Shown here piece after piece: positions 55,795 to 64,000 of a stretch of 64,000 bases of DNA. How positions within the stretch are numbered: the first letter of the stretch is position 1; each line of letters starts with the position of its first letter. The translations under genes were made by a program, and so were the position numbers. Source of the stretch: Candidatus Odinarchaeota archaeon (GTDB lineage: Archaea; Asgardarchaeota; Lokiarchaeia; Sigyniarchaeales; SOKP01). Location of the stretch: assembly GCA_048885325.1 (NCBI GenBank), contig JBHLPZ010000001.1:2532-66531 (forward strand). The letters are read 5' to 3'. The notes beneath the pieces were generated by a model. That model was not told the DNA's origin, did no database searches, and saw nothing but the letters and a program-made list of their open reading frames with translations.

Positions 55795-58743
55795 ATGATG
55801 AAGGATAAAGTCTCAATAGAGGAACTTAATCTGAAAGATTTAACTCCAATGATGAAACACTGGTACAGTGTCAAGGAACAATACAAGAAAAAATATCCTG
55901 ACCATATCTTAGCTTATAGAATGGGAGATTTTTATGAATTCTTCTATGATGACGCCGTGAGAGTTTCAAATCTATTAGGCATTACTTTAACTAAGAGAAA
56001 ATTTGGAGATGATTCCTATCCTCTTGCTGGTATCCCTCATCACGCAGGTAATTATTTAAAAAACTTAGTAAATTTAGGACAAACTGTGGTTTTGGTTGAT
56101 CAGTTAGAAGATCCCTCTACAGTGAAAGGTAGAATTGTAAAACGAGGGGTTGTGAGAATATTATCTCCAGGTACAATTATCGAGTTAGATATGTTAAAAT
56201 CTAATGAAAATAACTATATATGTTCGATAATTAGACAAAGAACTGGTTTTGGGATTGCATTTGCGGATATTTCTACAGGTGAATTTATAACAACAGAATT
56301 TTCTATGAGTGAAAAAGATCCATTGGAAAAACTGTTAAGTATTTTTGCTCAATACGATCCGGTTGAAGTGGTTGTCCCTTCAGAGTTAAAAAAAGATGAG
56401 AAACTATTTTTATTAATTACTGATTTAAATGATGCATTAATTAAATCAGTTGACGACTATATTTTTAATTATGATGAGGCTTATTCCCTAATAACTCGAC
56501 ATTTCAAAGTTTCAAATCTTAAAGGTTTTGATTTGGAAGAAAAATCATTAGCAATTCAAGCAGCTGGTGGATTACTAGCATTTTTGAAAGAAACCCAAAG
56601 AGATATTCTACCAAATATATTTAAAATAAATGTAATCCATGAAGAACAAGTTTTACATCTGGATTATATAACTCAAAGAAATTTAGAATTAATAACATCA
56701 TTATGGGAAAAAGGAAGAGACACGACATTATACTCTATCTTTAACCATACTCATACTCCAATGGGAGCCCGCTTATTAAAAAAGATCATCTTGCAACCAC
56801 TTACTAATATTGATGAGATAAATCACCGTCTTAATATTGTCCAGAAATTTAAAGATGATATTTTCTTAAGATCTGAGTTGAGAGAGGAATTAAAAATAAT
56901 TGGAGATCTTGAGAGATATATCAATAAAGTTAATTATTCTAGATCTTCAAATGCAAGAGATTTAATTTATGTTAAAAATTCATTAGAAAAGATCCCTAAA
57001 ATCAAAATAATATTAGAAAAGTCTAAGATTCCTGAAATATCTAGATTTTTGGAAAAAATTGATGATTTTAGAGAAATTAGGAGTTTGATTGAAGCATCTA
57101 TAAAAGACGAACCACCTACCACTATAAGAGAAGGAAATATAATAAAATACGGTTTTAATGAAAACATAGATGATTTAAGAGATATCTTAAATAACGGGAA
57201 AAAATATATTCTTGAATATGAAAATGAGCAAAAAGTAAGATGGAGATTAAATTCTGGTTTCAGAGTTGGTCATAATAATATTCTTGGTTATTACATTCAA
57301 ATTACACTAAATACTCTCAAATCTATTCCAAAGTTGCCTGAAGAATATATAGAAAGGCAGACTCTTAAAAATGCGAAACGATTTACAACAGTAAAGTTAA
57401 AGCAACTTGAAGAAAAAATAATAAAAGCAGAAGAACAGATAAACGATTTAGAATATGAAGTTTATTGTACGATACGAGAAAAAGTATTACAAGAAACGGT
57501 AAATATTTTAGAAACAGCAAAAAATATTGCATTCATAGATATAATGGCATGTTTTGCTGAGATCGCTGAGCAATATAGTTATTGTCGCCCCGTGATTAAC
57601 AATGAAAATAAGATAATTATAAAAGATGGAAGACACCCCGTTGTGGAACAAATTAATCTGTCTGATAAATTTATACCTAATGATTGTTATTTGGATACTG
57701 AAAAAAACCAAATGTTAGTAATAACTGGCCCAAATATGGCAGGTAAAAGTACTTTCCTGAGACAAGTTGCTTTAATTTGTATAATTGCTCAGATGGGATG
57801 TTTTGTTCCTGCAAAGTCGGCGAAAATAGGCATAATTGATCAAATTTTTACTCGAATAGGAGCCTCAGATGATTTGGCGAGAAGATTGAGTACCTTTATG
57901 ATTGAAATGACAGAAACCGCGAAGATTTTGCATTATGCAACTCCTAAAAGCCTTATTATTATTGATGAGCTTGGTAGAGGAACAAGTACTAGTGATGGTC
58001 AAAGTATTGCTATGGCAACTCTAGAAAAACTCCACGAGTTAAAGGCTAAAACACTTTTTAGTACTCACTATCATCAGTTAACAGAGATAAATTTACCACG
58101 AATTAAGAACTTTCATCTTGATATTATAGAAAATGAGGATGGAAGTATTAATTTTGTAAGAAAGTTAAAGCCAGGGAGTACTGATAAGTCTTATGGAATA
58201 AATGTAGCTAAATTAGCTGGAATTCCTGATGATGTCATCATAAGAGCATTTGAAATTTTAGATCAAATAGAAGAAAAAGACCCATTTAGAGCAACAGTTA
58301 AAGAAAATGGCAATGGAGCGCGTTCTGGAAAATATCATGACAAAATTGTAAGTGAAAAACTAAAAGAGTTAGAGAAATTAAACTTTGAACTTGAAACAAA
58401 ACATCAAGAATTAAGTATATGTGAAGAAGAAATTTCCGAAAAAGAAAAAGAATTAGGTAAAAAAACTTATGAAATCGAGAAATTAAAATCTGAGATTAGT
58501 AGCATTAAAAAAGAGTCAAAACCTAAAAAAACAAAAAAATATGTACAAACCTCTTTATTTAAACCAATAGATGTTAAAAAACAGGTGCTTGATGAAGAAT
58601 TAATGAAATCAGTTAAATTACTAAAGGATATTGACATCAATTCTATAACTCCATTAGACGCAATGAAGAAATTAATTAAAATGAAGGAAAAATTAGAAAA
58701 TTTTAATAATCAAAGAAGAGAAGAAGAAAATTTATCTAAATAG
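55795..58743 (+). CDS. mutS: DNA mismatch repair protein MutS (bacterial MutS1 type) with a C-terminal coiled-coil insertion
   Basis: 982 aa with the mismatch-binding N-terminus (TPMMKHWYSVKEQY...MGDFYEFF). Walker A is GPNMAGKSTF; DELGRGTST and STHYHQL follow. The C-terminal end reads QTSLF...ITPLDAMKKLIKMK. Confidence 0.95.
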   Translation: MMKDKVSIEELNLKDLTPMMKHWYSVKEQYKKKYPDHILAYRMGDFYEFFYDDAVRVSNLLGITLTKRKFGDDSYPLAGIPHHAGNYLKNLVNLGQTVVLVDQLEDPSTVKGRIVKRGVVRILSPGTIIELDMLKSNENNYICSIIRQRTGFGIAFADISTGEFITTEFSMSEKDPLEKLLSIFAQYDPVEVVVPSELKKDEKLFLLITDLNDALIKSVDDYIFNYDEAYSLITRHFKVSNLKGFDLEEKSLAIQAAGGLLAFLKETQRDILPNIFKINVIHEEQVLHLDYITQRNLELITSLWEKGRDTTLYSIFNHTHTPMGARLLKKIILQPLTNIDEINHRLNIVQKFKDDIFLRSELREELKIIGDLERYINKVNYSRSSNARDLIYVKNSLEKIPKIKIILEKSKIPEISRFLEKIDDFREIRSLIEASIKDEPPTTIREGNIIKYGFNENIDDLRDILNNGKKYILEYENEQKVRWRLNSGFRVGHNNILGYYIQITLNTLKSIPKLPEEYIERQTLKNAKRFTTVKLKQLEEKIIKAEEQINDLEYEVYCTIREKVLQETVNILETAKNIAFIDIMACFAEIAEQYSYCRPVINNENKIIIKDGRHPVVEQINLSDKFIPNDCYLDTEKNQMLVITGPNMAGKSTFLRQVALICIIAQMGCFVPAKSAKIGIIDQIFTRIGASDDLARRLSTFMIEMTETAKILHYATPKSLIIIDELGRGTSTSDGQSIAMATLEKLHELKAKTLFSTHYHQLTEINLPRIKNFHLDIIENEDGSINFVRKLKPGSTDKSYGINVAKLAGIPDDVIIRAFEILDQIEEKDPFRATVKENGNGARSGKYHDKIVSEKLKELEKLNFELETKHQELSICEEEISEKEKELGKKTYEIEKLKSEISSIKKESKPKKTKKYVQTSLFKPIDVKKQVLDEELMKSVKLLKDIDINSITPLDAMKKLIKMKEKLENFNNQRREEENLSK

Positions 58744-59459
58744 CACATTACTCGAGGATGATTTTTCAAAATTGATGCTGGATTCTTAGGGCTAATTTTA
58801 GCCTTGTCAGATAAACAGTTTCGAACAGCTTCAGCCTTTCTTTTATCAGGACAAATACAAATAATATTTTTGGCTCTCATTATCTCATTAATTGACATAG
58901 TGATTGCTCTTTTTGGTACATTCTCAATATTTTCAAACCACCTTTCATTTAATTGCTGTATTCGGCATTTAGTATCCAGATTTACAACAATATAAGGTTC
59001 TTTGGTTTTGAAATCTGCTGGAGGATCATTAAAGGCGAGATGCCCATTTTCTCCAATGCCAACGAAAGTTAAGTCAATACATCTTTTTGAAATAAGATTA
59101 CTTATTCGTTTGCACTCATTTTTTGGGTTTGAAGTATCTCCTTGAATGAAAAAAACTTTTCCAGGCTTTACTTTGTCTACAAGTCGCTTTTTTAAATAAT
59201 TCCTAAAACTAGCGGGATGATTTGCTGGTAAACCTAAATACTCATCTAAATGAAACATTTCAGTTTTTTTCCAATTAATTTCATCGTATTTACATAGAGC
59301 ATCTAAAAATTCAAATTGAGAAGTTCCTGTTGCTGCGACAAAACATGCTTTTTTTTTTAATTGGAGAACATGTTGTAGAATCTTTGCAGCCATTTTTGCT
59401 GCAGCTTCTCCCATTTCTTGCTTAGTTTGAAAAATTTTTATAGAAACCAAAAGAAACAA
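58710..59459 (-). CDS. nagB: Glucosamine-6-phosphate deaminase/6-phosphogluconolactonase-family sugar-phosphate isomerase
   Basis: 249 aa with VAATGTSQ, FHLDEY and FVGIGENGHLAFNDPPADF. The start codon is TTG. The 3' end overlaps the mutS 3' end by 34 nt (convergent). Confidence 0.7.
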   Translation of the reverse strand: MFLLVSIKIFQTKQEMGEAAAKMAAKILQHVLQLKKKACFVAATGTSQFEFLDALCKYDEINWKKTEMFHLDEYLGLPANHPASFRNYLKKRLVDKVKPGKVFFIQGDTSNPKNECKRISNLISKRCIDLTFVGIGENGHLAFNDPPADFKTKEPYIVVNLDTKCRIQQLNERWFENIENVPKRAITMSINEIMRAKNIICICPDKRKAEAVRNCLSDKAKISPKNPASILKNHPRVMCYLDKFSSSLL

Positions 59460-59579
59460 CTCTAATTAAAAATTATTTAAATCTTAATAGAGTATTTTTT
59501 TATATTTGTTAATAATGTGAAATATATTAGTCTGATTAAATTATAAAATTTTGAGTATGAAATAAAATCTTGAGATAAA

Positions 59580-61463
59580 TTGAAATATTCAAAAATTCAA
59601 AAGATAATTGATGCTGAAAAAATTGCAGCAGGAGAGGTTGTCGAAAGACCAGCAAATGTAGTAAAAGAATTAATTGAAAATAGTATTGATGCGGAAGCAA
59701 ATGAAATACGGATTGTTATAAAAAAGGCAGGAAAATCCTTAATACAAGTTATAGATGATGGAATAGGTATACCCCCAGATGAGATCGAAATTGCTTTTGG
59801 TAGGCATACTAGCAGTAAAATAAGAAGGATTGAGGATTTAGACACTTTAAATTCTTTAGGTTTTAGAGGGGAAGCACTCGCAAGCATAGCTGCTGTTAGC
59901 CAAGTTGAAATAGTTTCTAGAATTAAGGAAAATGAATTAGGAGTAAGATTGATTATTGAGGGAGGGAAAACTATTCAGAAGGATGAAATCTCTTGCCCTG
60001 TTGGTACTAATATCAGAGTAAAAAATCTATTTTATAATATTCCTGCTAGAAAAAAGTTTCTGAAAAAGGATAATACAGAATTGGGGCATATAACAGACAT
60101 TATACAAAGATATTCATTAGCATTTCCATTTCTTCATTTTATCTATATTCATAATGACCTTGCCATACTTAATTGCCCAGCTCAAAATGATTTAAAAACA
60201 ACTATTTTTCATATTTATGGGAAAATTGTTGCTAAATATATGGAACTAATTGATTATAGTGAAGATGAATTTAGACTACATGGATTACTTGGAAGTGCTG
60301 AAATCTCTAAAAAAAGTAGAACGTATTCATGTTTATTTGTTAATAAGCGCTATATCATCAGTGATCTCTTATTCAGAGCTGTACAAGAAGCATATAAAGA
60401 TTTATTGATGATCGGACAATATCCTTTCTTTATTCTATTTTTAGATATAAATCCTGCTATTATTGACTGTAATATCCATCCGAAAAAGTTGCATATCAGA
60501 TTTGAAGACGAAGATTTTATTTATAATAAAGTATATAACATTATCCGAGATTTTATTGATGAAAATTTTATTAAAAAACAAGAAAAATATCTTGAAACTG
60601 AAATTAAACAATTTATTTCAGATGAAGATGAAAGATTTAAGTCAGATTTAGGGGTAAAATCTGAAGATGCTTTTGAAACTATTAAAAATGTTCAGGAATT
60701 TACTAAAGAATCTGAGAAGATGCAAATCCAACAAGGGAATGAAACTCAAGAACTAATACAATTAGATTTAACAGACCAGATTTTCGATAAGACAACTGAA
60801 GAAGAATATAATCAGGAAACTTATCTAAGAGAAAAGTATATAATCTCAGGAAATTTCCCTAAGCTTCGATTAATTTCTAAAACAGGACAATTGAGAAATA
60901 AGGTTTATATTATACTAGAAGGCGTTAATGAAAATGGAGAGGCGGGAATGTATATTTTAGATCAGCATGCAGCCTCTGAACGAATTAATAAGGAATACTT
61001 TCATAGGCTATATGATACTACTAAAAAAAGTATACAAAAGCTCATTACACCGCTAAAAATTGAAGTTTCTCCAAGTGAAAGGTTCTTTTTATTATCAAAT
61101 TTAAATGAAATAAACAAATTAGGGTTTAAATTTGAACATTTTGGAGGGAATACATTTATTCTCAGAGAATTGCCTACAATCGTCCAAAAATTACCAAAAG
61201 CAGAAATAATAAAAGAGATTATTGGTGATATTACTGAAATTGGTAAAGATAAGAGTTTTTCTGAAGTAAAAGACCATGTTATTAATTATTTAGCTTGTCA
61301 TAGAAGCATTCGTGGAGGAGATGATTTATCTCTTGCTAACATAAGGAAACTTTTATCCAATTTAGCTAAATGCAAGGATCCATTTCATTGTGCGCACGGA
61401 AGACCGACATTAAAGTTTATATCAATTAAAGAGTTAGATAAATTATTCAAACGTATTGTATAG
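59580..61463 (+). CDS. mutL: DNA mismatch repair protein MutL (endonuclease-motif-containing type)
   Basis: 627 aa with the GHKL ATPase N-terminus (IAAGEVVERPANVVKELIENSIDA, DDGIGI, GFRGEAL). The C-terminal motifs are DQHAASERINKE (60960-60995), ACHRSIRGGD and CAHGRPT. Confidence 0.95.
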   Translation: MKYSKIQKIIDAEKIAAGEVVERPANVVKELIENSIDAEANEIRIVIKKAGKSLIQVIDDGIGIPPDEIEIAFGRHTSSKIRRIEDLDTLNSLGFRGEALASIAAVSQVEIVSRIKENELGVRLIIEGGKTIQKDEISCPVGTNIRVKNLFYNIPARKKFLKKDNTELGHITDIIQRYSLAFPFLHFIYIHNDLAILNCPAQNDLKTTIFHIYGKIVAKYMELIDYSEDEFRLHGLLGSAEISKKSRTYSCLFVNKRYIISDLLFRAVQEAYKDLLMIGQYPFFILFLDINPAIIDCNIHPKKLHIRFEDEDFIYNKVYNIIRDFIDENFIKKQEKYLETEIKQFISDEDERFKSDLGVKSEDAFETIKNVQEFTKESEKMQIQQGNETQELIQLDLTDQIFDKTTEEEYNQETYLREKYIISGNFPKLRLISKTGQLRNKVYIILEGVNENGEAGMYILDQHAASERINKEYFHRLYDTTKKSIQKLITPLKIEVSPSERFFLLSNLNEINKLGFKFEHFGGNTFILRELPTIVQKLPKAEIIKEIIGDITEIGKDKSFSEVKDHVINYLACHRSIRGGDDLSLANIRKLLSNLAKCKDPFHCAHGRPTLKFISIKELDKLFKRIV

Positions 61464-61602
61464 GATTATTTTGATGCCTTCTCTTTATTTTTTTGACTTT
61501 CTTCTAAAAATCAAGATATAAATATGAAAATTAAGATTTTTTAATGGGAATAATTAGCATTTAATTTGGAATTTAGTAAAAAAATCTTATAAGTATATTA
61601 AT

Positions 61603-62100
61603 ATGAAAAAGATACTTAGGAAAAAGACACCAAAGGAAAAAGAAGTAAAAAGTGAAAGCGAAAAGATTTCAATTAGAAATCCCAAATTTGATATTTTGGC
61701 TGATATTAATGACATGAAGATCTTGGAAGAAAATTGTTTATTAAATGGCAATTATGAGAATGCGATTAGTTATGCTGAAAGAGTTATTAGATTGGCAATT
61801 CAAAATGAAATGGATTCATATATCCAAGAACAAGAGGAATTTATGCGAAAAGTAGCAGAAAAAGTACAAGAAGTATATTTCTCTAGTGAAATTGGAGAAT
61901 CTGGTAAGATGATAAAAAAAATATATGATATCTTACTTGAATCTGAAAAAATCTGTGAAGCTCACGAAATACTTGAAAGGTTTAAAAATAAATACCAGAA
62001 TAATCCAAACTTTTACTCGATTCCCATTATTGAAGAACTAATTAAAAAGGATGAGACTGAATGGTTAAAATATCAAATTTTAGATCAAGATAAGAATTAA
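61603..62100 (+). CDS. Hypothetical helical protein (TPR/MIT-like helix pair)
   Basis: 165 aa. NGNYENAISYAERVIRLAIQ resembles a TPR- or MIT-type helix. There is no firm assignment. Confidence 0.4.
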   Translation: MKKILRKKTPKEKEVKSESEKISIRNPKFDILADINDMKILEENCLLNGNYENAISYAERVIRLAIQNEMDSYIQEQEEFMRKVAEKVQEVYFSSEIGESGKMIKKIYDILLESEKICEAHEILERFKNKYQNNPNFYSIPIIEELIKKDETEWLKYQILDQDKN

Positions 62101-62137
62101 TAAGTAAAATGATTATGACAGTAAATTTAATCCTGCT

Positions 62138-62404
62138 CTATGCTTTTGAAAACGCAATACCTTCTATTCCTTGTATCCCTTCAACTTGACCTAGTAGTTC
62201 TTCAATTTTGTCCGTACCTCCCCATTCTTCGGGATATCTCACGCGAAGCCTTGCTTTTTTCAGACCAAAAGCTACAGGTATGATTTCATAATGTTCGATC
62301 GTACAAGTTTCAGGAAGGATATTCTTTAATTTATTCACAAATCCTTCAAATTCAACATCAGTATCGTCTGGAACTACATCAATTAAAGCTACAAACTCTC
62401 CCAT
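62138..62404 (-). CDS. ef1b: Translation elongation factor aEF-1 beta
   Basis: From the internal ATG at 62404 the sequence is MGEFVALIDVVPDDTDVEFEGFVNKLKNILPE...YEIIPVAFGLKKARLRVRYPEEWGGTDKIEELLGQVEGIQGIEGIAFSKA. This gives ~88 aa with the typical aEF-1beta length and pattern. The track start at 62500 over-extends into the upstream Zn-ribbon gene region. Confidence 0.8.
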   Translation of the reverse strand: MGEFVALIDVVPDDTDVEFEGFVNKLKNILPETCTIEHYEIIPVAFGLKKARLRVRYPEEWGGTDKIEELLGQVEGIQGIEGIAFSKA

Positions 62405-62435
62405 TATAATCAAATAATTTTTTTTATTAGAATGC

Positions 62436-62612
62436 TTAAGGACCCTCAAACTCACATTTAAGACATCGATATGTGTTTCCCATAGTCCTACATCTTTCAC
62501 ATCTCCAAATAGTTACATCTCCACATTGTGGGCAAGGAAAATGTACTGCCCCTTCATAAGGTGCGATTGGTCGTCCACATGAAAAACACATATTCTTTTT
62601 AAAACTTGACAT
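62436..62612 (-). CDS. Small Zn-ribbon protein (4 x CxxC), the conserved archaeal partner upstream of aEF-1beta (COG2888-like)
   Basis: Absent from the ORF track (58 aa). Manual translation gives MSSFKKNMCFSCGRPIAPYEGAVHFPCPQCGDVTIWRCERCRTMGNTYRCLKCEFEGP*. The ATG is at 62612-62610 and the TAA at 62438-62436. Confidence 0.75.
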   Translation of the reverse strand: MSSFKKNMCFSCGRPIAPYEGAVHFPCPQCGDVTIWRCERCRTMGNTYRCLKCEFEGP

Positions 62613-62787
62613 TACTATTTATGAACCATCTAAACTTTAATGGATTATAAAATAACCTATAACTTTAATTATTTTCGCTTTTAAAAAGTATAATCTAAAA
62701 AAGCTTAAGTTAATTAAAATTTATATTAATAAATCACATATTTTACTTATTAATTATCAAATTTTTAATTATAAATCGGAAATTATT

Positions 62788-63324
62788 ATGCCAGAAAATA
62801 AGGTAAAGAAATATTTTTCCCTAATTGAAGCATGGGGATGGTGTGATATATGCCAAGATATGGTAGCGTTAAGACTTGATAAAAAGGAAATTATTAATGG
62901 TCTTAAAATGGGGATTTATACGAAAGAATTTAAACATCGAAACCTTTATCCAGATCCTGATGAAATCGATGATGTTTCTGGGGAAGAGCATACGATCTAT
63001 ATCTATATAAATGAAAATTATGATATTACTGGTGTAAGATCCTTCTTTGGTGAGGCTCCAAGTATGTCCGAAATGGGAGTCCAGACTTTAGAAGCGGGTG
63101 GTGAGGTAAGAATACCTGTAGTTATAAAGGAAGTTACTCCCCTAAGTGTTCAATTAGGAATGCTTTCTATGAATGAGTATAAAGTTTTAAAAGTATGTGA
63201 TGGGAGGAATACTCTAGAACAGGTTGCTCAGATAAATCAGAAACCCGTGGAAGAGATTGAAAAAATAATGGAAAAACTTCATAAGAAAGGGTTAGTAGAT
63301 GTTATTAAACGATCAACTGCTTAA
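62788..63324 (+). CDS. Hypothetical protein with a C-terminal winged-helix-like segment
   Basis: 178 aa. The C-terminus (YKVLKVCDGRNTLEQVAQINQKPVEEIEKIMEKLHKKGLVDVIK) looks like a MarR/TrmB-type wHTH. The N-terminal ~120 aa are unassigned. Confidence 0.45.
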   Translation: MPENKVKKYFSLIEAWGWCDICQDMVALRLDKKEIINGLKMGIYTKEFKHRNLYPDPDEIDDVSGEEHTIYIYINENYDITGVRSFFGEAPSMSEMGVQTLEAGGEVRIPVVIKEVTPLSVQLGMLSMNEYKVLKVCDGRNTLEQVAQINQKPVEEIEKIMEKLHKKGLVDVIKRSTA

Positions 63325-63362
63325 TTTTATTCTTATTTGCTAATTTAATGAATTGTTTTATC

Positions 63363-64000
63363 TTATACTGCGCTGGTTAATAATACCATTATATAATCCG
63401 CAACGCCTTCAATTGCATCTGAAATAGCCTCAATTATATCAAAAACATTGCCTGCTGTGAAAGCTGTAAAATAATTTACATCATACTTTGTTTCTTGGAG
63501 ACTTTTTCTCAGCTTAATATTCAAAAGATCTACCTTATGTTCATACTGATTTATTTGCCGAGCATATTCTTTTATATTTTTTCTTTCTTCTAATAAATCT
63601 ATTACAATTTTATCTAAAAAATTAACGCATTCCACAGTAGATTGCATCATTTCAGTAATTAGATTTATAGTCTCCGCGTTACTCTGTTCCCAGAACCTTA
63701 AAGGTATTGTATTTATCCTCCGAGCTACACCAGTACAGCAGTTTGCAACATCATCCATTCGCTTAATTAAATGAGAAAGATTTTGTCGTACGCTAGGACT
63801 TAATTCTCCTTTGGAGACATCACTTTGAATCTCCCTTCTTAATTTATCAGCATCACCTTCTAAAAGATCGACTTTATGTAAATTATCATGAGCTTTTTGA
63901 AGATCCTTCTCATTAAGTAAAAAATTTATTCCAATTTCTAATTCCTTGACACATTGTTGTACAATCTGAGCATGTTTGATAGATTTTTCTAAAACATTTA
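63363..64000 (-). CDS. DUF47/PhoU-like (TIGR00153-type) protein, partial (N-terminus beyond window edge)
   Basis: The track ORF starts at the ATG at 63758, but the frame stays open to 64000. The upstream translation is ...NVLEKSIKHAQIVQQCVKELEIGINFLLNEKDLQKAHDNLHKVDLLEGDADKLRREIQSDVSKGELSPSVRQNLSHLIKRMDDVANC.... That is the typical DUF47 first half (E-x-x-A-D-like LEGDADKLRREI). Confidence 0.6.
   Translation of the reverse strand, partial: NVLEKSIKHAQIVQQCVKELEIGINFLLNEKDLQKAHDNLHKVDLLEGDADKLRREIQSDVSKGELSPSVRQNLSHLIKRMDDVANCCTGVARRINTIPLRFWEQSNAETINLITEMMQSTVECVNFLDKIVIDLLEERKNIKEYARQINQYEHKVDLLNIKLRKSLQETKYDVNYFTAFTAGNVFDIIEAISDAIEGVADYIMVLLTSAV

Noticed and set aside
1-64000. I searched for rRNA, tRNA, CRISPR arrays, transposases/integrases, prophage genes, inteins and in-frame UGA (selenocysteine) in hdrA.
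   Set aside because: All intergenic regions are short (about 375 nt at most) and AT-rich, with no GC-rich cloverleaf-like stems or spaced direct repeats. No ORF shows DDE/tyrosine-recombinase/phage motifs. No host protein shows an intein-sized insertion, and hdrA is uninterrupted. Absence was judged by eye only; tRNAscan-SE, Infernal and CRISPR finders should confirm it.

Overview
This is a very AT-rich, densely coding 64-kb chromosomal segment with about 63 supported CDS. I found no rRNA, tRNA, CRISPR array, transposase or integrase by eye. All calls come from reading the translated ORFs and DNA; no database search was possible.

The informational genes are archaeal: thermosome, Rpo3(D)-L18e-L13-S9 cluster, aEF-1beta with its Zn-ribbon partner, SmAP, Rio2, a Clp1-type kinase, TrmI and an archaeal-type TrpRS. 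They sit alongside eukaryote-signature proteins (a Rag/Gtr-architecture GTPase with a roadblock-like C-terminal domain, a PPP phosphatase, and a possible gelsolin-like domain). They also sit alongside bacterial-type modules (hdrA/mvhD-hdrC-hdrB-metV-metF, mutS/mutL). I infer an Asgard (Lokiarchaeia-like) archaeon.

Central carbon and C1 genes are prominent: the Hdr-MetFV methylene-THF reductase cluster, glyA, a split porG/porDAB 2-oxoacid:ferredoxin oxidoreductase, GTP-PEPCK and aroA/aroC.

The best candidate for an undescribed system is at 33001-36897. There a Clp1-like kinase precedes an ATP-grasp ligase whose catalytic motifs appear circularly permuted. That ligase is separated by only 3 nt from an M14/AstE-like metallo-carboxypeptidase. 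Together they look like a writer/eraser pair for peptide-tail modification, analogous to TTL/TTLL-CCP or RimK systems.

Other points worth a second look:
- a 1165-aa tandem HdrA-HdrA-MvhD fusion
- a small GTPase with Leu at the catalytic Gln position
- an alpha/beta hydrolase with Ala in place of the nucleophile Ser
- a por operon interrupted by an orphan 4xPAS histidine kinase
- an orphan N6-adenine methyltransferase
- a giant ectodomain-flippase fusion protein
- MutS with a coiled-coil insertion and a bacterial clamp-type QTSLF motif
- three ORFs that the supplied track misses or truncates (Lrp at 1-249, Zn-ribbon at 62436-62612, DUF47 at 63363-64000)
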